Source of the DNA: a virus
Lineage: Duplodnaviria > Caudoviricetes
Strand: one strand, 5' to 3'
DNA: 41,021 nt
IMG/VR virus record: IMGVR_UViG_3300048599_000828
Span: 1 to 41,021 of that record
A program made the position numbers and the translations under genes. This document shows, one piece after another, positions 35,101-41,021 of this stretch (position 1 is its first letter; every line of letters begins with the position of its first letter). The notes under the pieces are model-generated. The model had not been told where the DNA came from. It ran no database searches and saw nothing but the letters and a program-made list of their open reading frames with translations.

Positions 35101-38100
35101 GCGAGGTCGACGTCACGTCGACGACGGGAGGCCAGTACATCGTCACTTGGCAGGGACCGAGGTACGGAACAACGGCCGTCCCACTACTGAAGGCGGCCGG
35201 GCAGTTGACCAGGTCGGTCGACGTTCTCGTCGATTCAAACTACGTCAAGCCGAAGGCAGGCAAGGCGTGCGTTCAAAAGCTAACGATCAGATACTGCACC
35301 GGAGGGCGGGTGCAGATCGTGCGTTACAATAGCGCGTCGGCTGACGCGCATGCCGTCGATGTACTCAACCCAGTGATGCAAAGCGAGCACATCAGCGCCT
35401 ATGAGACCGTCGAGATCCCATTCGACATCGGTCAACTGACCGAATTGCTCAAGCGCCGCCTCGGACTGTTCGGGATCGAAGTCGACATCAGTATCGAGGC
35501 TAAGGAGATCCCAGGCGGTGGAGAGTGGACAATCTCGTTTAACCGCCCGATGATCAAAAGTTGGCGATTCGCAAGCTTCAACACCGGCGACGGAGTTTAC
35601 ACCGACCTCATCTTCGCCGACTATGGCTTGGGACACGCCATCTACGAAAACACAGGCCGGGAATATGGGGCGGATTTCTACGCGCTCACAATTCCGGTCA
35701 TCGGCTTCGCGCCCTATTCCACGCGTACGTACAGCGACTCCGACGAATATCAGTTCTGGGTTGTGCAGGGTAACGACAAGTCGATCCTAATGAACCGCAT
35801 GGAGAAAAAAGTCTGGAAGAAGCAGGACGGACACAAAGACAGAAACCACATTCAGTCGGTAATTGTTCAGGACGTCGTCGATTGTGTTTACAGGCTCCAG
35901 TTCGACGGGCAGGAGACGGCAGCCATTGCATTGAGCGCGACGGCCGACGAGGTCAAGACAAAGCTCGAGGCGTTGTCAACGATCGGGACCGGACGCGTCG
36001 CCGTGAGACCATACACCCATCTGGTGCCGCAAGTCGAGTACCCGGGGCTGTTCGACCGGGTCCCGGACCCTGGAAAGTTCTATATCGAGTTCATTGGGGA
36101 CAAGTCGCTACAGAACCAACCGGAGATTACCGGTTCGTTTGTCACTGCAAAACCGAAGGGTGTCGATATCGAGGTCGGACCGGCGAAAGGTCCGATGGGA
36201 ACAAATCCAACCTATTCAGTCTACGACCTGAAAATCAATCTTCAGGTGAACGCACCGGTTTACCTTAGTCTGTGGTGGCCTCAACACACGATGCGAATCG
36301 ACGGGAGCACAACGGCGGCACAGATCAAGTGGGAATTGCAGAAGGTCCGCGAGGCCGGACATGCTCCCGCCAACTCCGCGGATCTCGAAATCTTCGACAT
36401 GCCGTCGGTCACCGAGACTCGCGAGGTGTGGGTCAACCCAAACTACGAAACGCGGACCATCGGGTTTAAGGTCTTTCGGTTCCAGTTCACCGGCGCCAAT
36501 TGGGGAAATCCGTACGACTTGCCAGCCTTTGAGAGCATGTTCAAACCGCGGTGCGGCGACCCAGCATTCCAGTACCACTACGAGCGAGTGGAGACCGGCC
36601 GGGACGGCACCAACGCAATGGCAGGCGTCAAGTTCGGCTATCGCACCAGCGACGCGGAGACGCAATTCAGCGACTACAGCTTGCTCTACCTGACGGAAGG
36701 CGGAGATCCGCGGATAATGTCGTTGGGCGACCTTGAAAACAGGTATTTCGTCCGCCTCATCCCTACGTCTGGCACCTGGACGCTTACTTTCGCTCGCACC
36801 GACCAGGACGGGAACCCTCAGCCTGGTACGGGAGATACCGCGGTACTCAATTGGAATTCAACCTCCACAGAAGTCCAGGCGGCCCTCGAGTCCTTGCCGT
36901 CGATCGGCGTTGGGAATGTGACCGTGGTCGGCGACCCGCAGATTTCTCCGATGGAGCTCGACCAGGCGATGAACAATCCTTGGATCATCAACACCCCGGG
37001 AGAAAAGGAGAAGCGTTACCCGGCGTTTACGATCACCTTTGTCAACCAACTAGGCATGAGACAAATCCCCGGCCGAGCCCTCCTTGCTCAGAGCTACATG
37101 CCGCGGCCCGGGATAAGCCCGAAGATCACGGTGAACGACTTCCAGCTTGCCGGAGCCGCTCAAAACACGATTATTTCGCTGACATACACTGGTTACGTGA
37201 GCAGTGCCGACGTCGAGATATGGGGTGACGGGAACGTCAAGTATCATTCACCGTCAGTCCACCTTACCAATCTGATGATGGACCTGACGAACACGTCGGA
37301 GCAAGCCGTTGCCGAGCGTGAGGCGTACGCCAAGAAGAACTGCGAAGCACTGGAAAGCGCGGTCGGATGGTGGTACGGGCCCGGGAGCGTCGATGTCACA
37401 TTCGAGTACACGAACGACGCGATGCGGACGTTCCATTTTGAGTTCAAGGGGTCGCGGTTGCATGAATCCGTAAATGAGTTCCGGGCCTTCGGACCGCAGC
37501 AGGGCCCGACCCCGGAGCTCGACCATGCATACATGCAGTCGTACCGGAGGGGACAGCCCGACCTGCAACGGGTGCAACTTCCCTACGCGTTTAAGGAACT
37601 AGGGACAGCAGCACGCAATCACATTTTCCATATTGAGTTTACCCTAACCGATGACGCGGTCTCGAGCGACGACGACGAAACCACAATCGGCTACGTGAAC
37701 TTGTTTGGCCTGGAAAAGGCGGCTCTGTATATCCCGAAGGCGTGGAGGGCCTCAGACATCAACGATTGGAAGGTAGGCGTTGCTAACCAATACTCGAAGT
37801 TCCTCACGAACGGGTTTGTTCCAACGCAACAGGGACACACTCCGATCACCATCCCGGATTCCGGGACGTCGTACATGGCACTCAAGAATATCAAGTTCCA
37901 CGACTCGCAACCTGACAACGAGCGGTCTCCCGACCGAGTGCGGGCGTTTGACGTGGAAATGATGAGTGAGTTTTCGGCGATGCCTTTCTTGTTTGAAAGC
38001 GTGTTCACGGCAGCCGATGCTCCTGGTGGCTTTTCGCGACGCGTCGCGCAATGGGCTCGCCCGGCGGGCGCCGGTGAGGTCGCGACAGGGACGTGGACGC

Positions 38101-40415
38101 TCACCTACAAAGGAGAGACGACTTGCGTACTGCCGATGCCGGTCGACTCGTTCGGCCAGGTAGGAGCCGCAATTCGAGCATTGCAATCAATCAATCAGAA
38201 CGCGGTGTTCTGCCAAGAGGCCAAGAACGCTATGGTGTTTTTTGACCCGGGCGAGGGCATTGGATCATACGGCATATTGAACACATTGGGCGAATTGATT
38301 CCGACCACCTACGGCTGGGCCAAGGAGTACGTGATTCGGTTTATCGGTGCCGACGAGTTCAAGGACAATCCACCGTTCACGGTGAACGCATACGCGGTGG
38401 ACGGCCGCTTGAAGCCGGCCGTCGACGAGCTGCAGGTCGGCAGGTCTCGATCCTCGGCCGTGCAGCTCTTGACCTGCCAACAGGGCAGGTTAGCCACCGA
38501 CGGAACCTGGACACTGACCCATGGCGGATCGTCGGCGGCGCTGAATTGGAATTGCACGGCGTCTGAAGCGTCCGTCGCACTCGACGCGGTCTTCGGGCCA
38601 TCGAAGCTTGTCCCAACTGGCGGGCCGTTCCCGACCTCCCCTCTGACGATCACCTTCGATGGATACGACGAGCAAGACCTGATCACGACATCGAGCCAGA
38701 TCGTCTACCCGATCGGCGGCGCTGCTGACGCGAACATCGTCGGATCGGACATCACGACGACCGAGATATCGGGGCTTGCGAGCCAGTCCGGCGGCCTCTT
38801 GATCAAGCTTCCCCGAAACGCGAATAAGGGGATTTGGGGATTCGAGATGCTAGGCAAACAGGTTACGTTCCCCTGGAACGCGGAAACCGAGGAAATACAA
38901 TCGGCAATTTATAAGGTGTTCGGCGTCTACGAGGTATCAAACACGACAGGGAACTATCTTTCGATCAGTGATATCTTTTGGCCAATGGTGACGGCGTCCA
39001 ACACGATTTACAAAAAAACTGGAATCCTGGGGGACAATACGACCGAAACGGAGGCGGTTCACAACTACAAGCTCCAGGCGAACGGGACCTACTTGACGGA
39101 GATCCGTGCCGGCCGGATCCGGTTCTTTTCAAACTTCGATCAGCGCTACACCGCGGGAACGGGATCCGTAACTGTAGCGCGAACGACGATCATTACCGAT
39201 TTCATCCGGATCTTCCTGAAAATGAGCGAGGGCGTCTATGCCGGGACGTGGGGATTCGACCTGATGGGCAAGCGGTTCGTCTACCCGTACAACGTCGCCG
39301 CTCAGAAGGTGTGTTACGACCTACAGCAGGCCTTCCCGCCGATCATGGATGGGATCAACGTTACGGGATTCGTTTGCGTGGGCGGCCGGGAGTTCCCGCA
39401 GAGCTGGCTTGTGATCGAAGCTCGCGGGGCGTACAAGACCGAGCTCGCCAAGCCGAACACGTTTTCGTTGTTCTACAACCTGACGGCCGACGCCGGCGTC
39501 GACGAGCTCACATCGCAGCATTGCGACGTTCGGCTGATCCGCGATGGCTCCCCGGGGACTCAGTTCGACGTGAGCCGAACGCGGGAAGGCGCCGGGCCGA
39601 ATTACTGGGGCAGTGACAAGAATTGGTCGCTCGGCCACAAGCCCGTCAACGGCGAGCTCGTCGTGATGGGCAATTGCTCCGTTGCGATGCTGGCTGGATT
39701 CCCGACCGACGGGACGCTCGACCTGGCCGGCTTCCGCATCGAGGCCGACTACGCTGCGGCGTTCGGCCCCGACGACCCAACGCAGCCGGCGCCGTGTTTC
39801 AAGGCCAAGGCGGTGACGATCGACGCGAGCTCGTCGCCCTACGTGCGGCTGAACCTGGCGGCCGGCGACGGGACCGACCGCCTGGCGGTCGTGCAGAACA
39901 CCAGCGATCCGGCCGCGACGGACCAGGTCGTGAACATCAGCGGCGGCGATTCGCATACCGACCTGATCGTCCGCAAGGGCTCAGTGGGCGTCGCCGTGTA
40001 CGCCGGCGAGACGCACACCTTCCGATCGATCGTGTCGACCCACGATGGCAATCCTGCCGACGACGTGAGCCTGAAGATCGGCTCGGGCGGGACGGTTCCG
40101 CTCTTGTACCAGTCGGGCGGCCATGTCGAGTCGTGGGCCGCGGTGGCCATATGGAAGCAGGCCGCCGGCGAGGCCTTCGCACGCGGCGGATCGGTCGGCA
40201 AGATCGAGTCGATCGGCGGGACGTTCTATTACGAGATCGGCACGTCGACGCTGGAGGAGCTGCGGTATACCGAGCTCGCCGGCCTGGTAGATGGAATCGT
40301 CGACTTCTCGCGCAACTCCGGCGCCGTGACCGTGACCGCGGCCGTCATCCCCACGGGGGCCGAAGTGTCCAAGATCGTGTTCGACCCGATGCACCGCGTT
40401 ACGCTCCCGAGTTGA
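32115..40415 (+). CDS. Giant (2,766 aa) repeat-containing tail/adhesin protein
   Basis: AAGGA RBS before ATG 32115; at least 14 copies of an ~90-aa module GT(F/W/Y)xLxF.G.TT...A....V.AALE.L.(S/T)IG.GNV.V....(Y/F).(I/V).F.G; C-terminal GPNYW...NWS...P..G beta-helix-like domain. Confidence 0.85.
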   Translation: MVNVNHWIGGAPAVATKDEVKFPLNVQPGTVITVGVGGQYISHTALSASDHDAAVAVAAAWNNSPAAQISKSYAIVSDTGVEFTAKEAGAAYGPITGSVSGVAVGPSNEQQLIVLPPEKYFGTFQLVFSGSTTASLTFSATAGQVQAALEAIPSIGAGNVTVSATAGGALLVGFQGGLAAKNLPMMTIVSFMRGLSPVIATEVEKGGYGVDHVLEMTVGSTIDGGQYAFEFEGKRSGYIPWNSPAATVQATLEGISTIGTGNIQVSDGATGGKFVITFTGTLGHQLPPTLIADTDLDEVPGIDIYQISEGRDNATEKDRITVNTAGVVAGTWWIDFNGESTVGMNVNAAASDVKAALVGLASIGASDVDVTDAGTRDYVITFSDTGGWANTVMPALIPRAAWSIDDVLLATQSQIGMAGTNELQHIWVSGYNSGTFTISHGGGTTSAITWNATAATVKAALGALSSIGGAANVDITSPTVGQWYVGFQNGRSSRPMDLIAINSGGLLWAVPASVDDKQDGTADAHPQFHAGVGNNPTGGTWKISTNYGDTPPIPYTSTSGEIVSALESVFGSGNVTFNESLFFYEINLGIYVTAQAVDIDLQGGYPAPEPYIANLVNGHPPQNELRSLKLGTCDGGTYSLTFNGYTTAALPHSAGNSAIESALQGITSIGAGNVGVYTLYGSSERVIEFCGSKAAQDITQPITVNNHLTYSGAGSRASTRRIKEGKLGDDCIQKLAYQTLPAGGTYSLTFMGQTTTGIAYSAEDSAVQSAIEALPTIGVGNVSVTGSMSGGWYCRFTGDKASTPLQTFAVHDETIVCSQPAPTVQQLIRGQNGQPETQSVRLADGVTSGTWTLGFNGHTTVPLAYSASASTVTAALESLPDIEGGNVSVSGGPANVDRMIVTWIGTESGKPQELLTWESHLRRKGNIQFSTLTMGANGIPPIQSVTMPTQASGGYWQLAWKPAGAMLIEQTSWIPYGASADDVKAAIEDFDSIGPGEVDVTSTTGGQYIVTWQGPRYGTTAVPLLKAAGQLTRSVDVLVDSNYVKPKAGKACVQKLTIRYCTGGRVQIVRYNSASADAHAVDVLNPVMQSEHISAYETVEIPFDIGQLTELLKRRLGLFGIEVDISIEAKEIPGGGEWTISFNRPMIKSWRFASFNTGDGVYTDLIFADYGLGHAIYENTGREYGADFYALTIPVIGFAPYSTRTYSDSDEYQFWVVQGNDKSILMNRMEKKVWKKQDGHKDRNHIQSVIVQDVVDCVYRLQFDGQETAAIALSATADEVKTKLEALSTIGTGRVAVRPYTHLVPQVEYPGLFDRVPDPGKFYIEFIGDKSLQNQPEITGSFVTAKPKGVDIEVGPAKGPMGTNPTYSVYDLKINLQVNAPVYLSLWWPQHTMRIDGSTTAAQIKWELQKVREAGHAPANSADLEIFDMPSVTETREVWVNPNYETRTIGFKVFRFQFTGANWGNPYDLPAFESMFKPRCGDPAFQYHYERVETGRDGTNAMAGVKFGYRTSDAETQFSDYSLLYLTEGGDPRIMSLGDLENRYFVRLIPTSGTWTLTFARTDQDGNPQPGTGDTAVLNWNSTSTEVQAALESLPSIGVGNVTVVGDPQISPMELDQAMNNPWIINTPGEKEKRYPAFTITFVNQLGMRQIPGRALLAQSYMPRPGISPKITVNDFQLAGAAQNTIISLTYTGYVSSADVEIWGDGNVKYHSPSVHLTNLMMDLTNTSEQAVAEREAYAKKNCEALESAVGWWYGPGSVDVTFEYTNDAMRTFHFEFKGSRLHESVNEFRAFGPQQGPTPELDHAYMQSYRRGQPDLQRVQLPYAFKELGTAARNHIFHIEFTLTDDAVSSDDDETTIGYVNLFGLEKAALYIPKAWRASDINDWKVGVANQYSKFLTNGFVPTQQGHTPITIPDSGTSYMALKNIKFHDSQPDNERSPDRVRAFDVEMMSEFSAMPFLFESVFTAADAPGGFSRRVAQWARPAGAGEVATGTWTLTYKGETTCVLPMPVDSFGQVGAAIRALQSINQNAVFCQEAKNAMVFFDPGEGIGSYGILNTLGELIPTTYGWAKEYVIRFIGADEFKDNPPFTVNAYAVDGRLKPAVDELQVGRSRSSAVQLLTCQQGRLATDGTWTLTHGGSSAALNWNCTASEASVALDAVFGPSKLVPTGGPFPTSPLTITFDGYDEQDLITTSSQIVYPIGGAADANIVGSDITTTEISGLASQSGGLLIKLPRNANKGIWGFEMLGKQVTFPWNAETEEIQSAIYKVFGVYEVSNTTGNYLSISDIFWPMVTASNTIYKKTGILGDNTTETEAVHNYKLQANGTYLTEIRAGRIRFFSNFDQRYTAGTGSVTVARTTIITDFIRIFLKMSEGVYAGTWGFDLMGKRFVYPYNVAAQKVCYDLQQAFPPIMDGINVTGFVCVGGREFPQSWLVIEARGAYKTELAKPNTFSLFYNLTADAGVDELTSQHCDVRLIRDGSPGTQFDVSRTREGAGPNYWGSDKNWSLGHKPVNGELVVMGNCSVAMLAGFPTDGTLDLAGFRIEADYAAAFGPDDPTQPAPCFKAKAVTIDASSSPYVRLNLAAGDGTDRLAVVQNTSDPAATDQVVNISGGDSHTDLIVRKGSVGVAVYAGETHTFRSIVSTHDGNPADDVSLKIGSGGTVPLLYQSGGHVESWAAVAIWKQAAGEAFARGGSVGKIESIGGTFYYEIGTSTLEELRYTELAGLVDGIVDFSRNSGAVTVTAAVIPTGAEVSKIVFDPMHRVTLPS

Positions 40416-40418
40416 TCG

Positions 40419-41021
40419 ATGGGCCGAGGGTTCAGATTCACACCCGGTTGCTGTTGCCGCCGCGGCTGCAAGGTCGTGGTCGAGAAGTCGCCGATTGCGC
40501 TGAAGTTCGCGCTAGCGGGGGCGGCGGACGGGCCGGAGCGCGAAAACCACGTCAACGGAAAGGGGCTCGACGACCTCAATCGGGAGTACGCCTTCGACGA
40601 TATTCGCTCGGGCGTCTGGTCGGGATTCCCGGAAGGACCCGGGATGAAGAAGTGCACGCGCGAAAGCGAGATGGCAATCTACTGGCCGGAAAAGTACGAC
40701 GCGGAACACTTGCCGATCCCGCCGTACTTGTACTGGAGCACGCAGAGCCAGGGTAACCAGGCATCGTCCTGGGAGTCTTGGTATGAGATCGGCCACCATG
40801 TCACGGAGCGTCGCCGGTGGATCACGTTCGTATTTCGGCTCTACATCGTGAACGCCGACTTTGGGGGCGGAGTCTGGAAGCTCGAGGAAACCGGCGTCGA
40901 CGGTCCGTTCAAGGCCCTCGACCTGAAGGCGCGGAACATGCCCCTTGTATCCGCTCCGCCGAGCGACTGGCCGGGGAACTGGTCGTCGGTCGCCGTGAAG
41001 GTCTCGGGATACCGCCCATGA
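40419..41021 (+). CDS. Hypothetical tail-associated protein with N-terminal Cys cluster
   Basis: FTPGCCCRRGC; follows the giant gene by 3 nt; stop at window end. Confidence 0.6.
   Translation: MGRGFRFTPGCCCRRGCKVVVEKSPIALKFALAGAADGPERENHVNGKGLDDLNREYAFDDIRSGVWSGFPEGPGMKKCTRESEMAIYWPEKYDAEHLPIPPYLYWSTQSQGNQASSWESWYEIGHHVTERRRWITFVFRLYIVNADFGGGVWKLEETGVDGPFKALDLKARNMPLVSAPPSDWPGNWSSVAVKVSGYRP

Larger units (their letters stand above)
1..41021 (+). mobile_element. Partial temperate phage/prophage (lambda-like head module, long non-contractile tail), probable Planctomycetota host
   Basis: Co-directional, tightly packed genes for regulation, recombination, replication, GpA terminase, lambda-type portal, S49 protease, capsid, tail tube and tape measure. 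No sheath gene seen and no boundaries visible. Confidence 0.93.

Noticed and set aside
4270-40394. Numerous long minus-strand ORFs (e.g. 20569-22371, 23154-24641, 24514-25983)
   Set aside because: Antisense shadows of well-supported genes with no recognisable domains
1-41021. att sites, CI repressor, SSB, helicase, endolysin
   Set aside because: None recognised; the window starts and ends on gene boundaries inside the element, so they may lie outside
1-41021. Apparent abundance of TCGA/CGATCG-containing palindromes
   Set aside because: May simply reflect codon usage (ATC/GTC followed by GAN); cannot be supported without a Markov-model count

Overview
The whole window reads as one continuous, + strand segment of a temperate, lambda-like siphovirus genome or prophage from a high-GC host, most likely a Planctomycete. 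The host call is inferred from recalled Planctomycete-type protein motifs and was not checked by search. Gene order: Cro-like HTH, structured leader and atypical tyrosine recombinase, LexA-like wHTH, DUF6948-like gene with a (Y/S/D)G repeat protein, csrA (missed by the ORF track), RecE-like nuclease and Bet/RecT, HNH, replication initiator, resolvase-like nuclease and HTH genes. Next comes a late cluster (DUF1353, thioredoxin-trypsin fusion, SNase, holin-like gene) with no recognisable endolysin. It is followed by a cosQ-like site, TerS/TerL(GpA), portal, S49 protease/scaffold, cement, capsid, neck and tail genes with a probable -1 frameshift, tape measure and a 2,766-aa repeat tail protein. 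No att site, repressor, tRNA or CRISPR array is visible, so the element is incomplete here. The most interesting signal is a phage CsrA preceded by a GGA-hairpin array and translationally coupled to the recombination genes. Family assignments come from motif recognition only.
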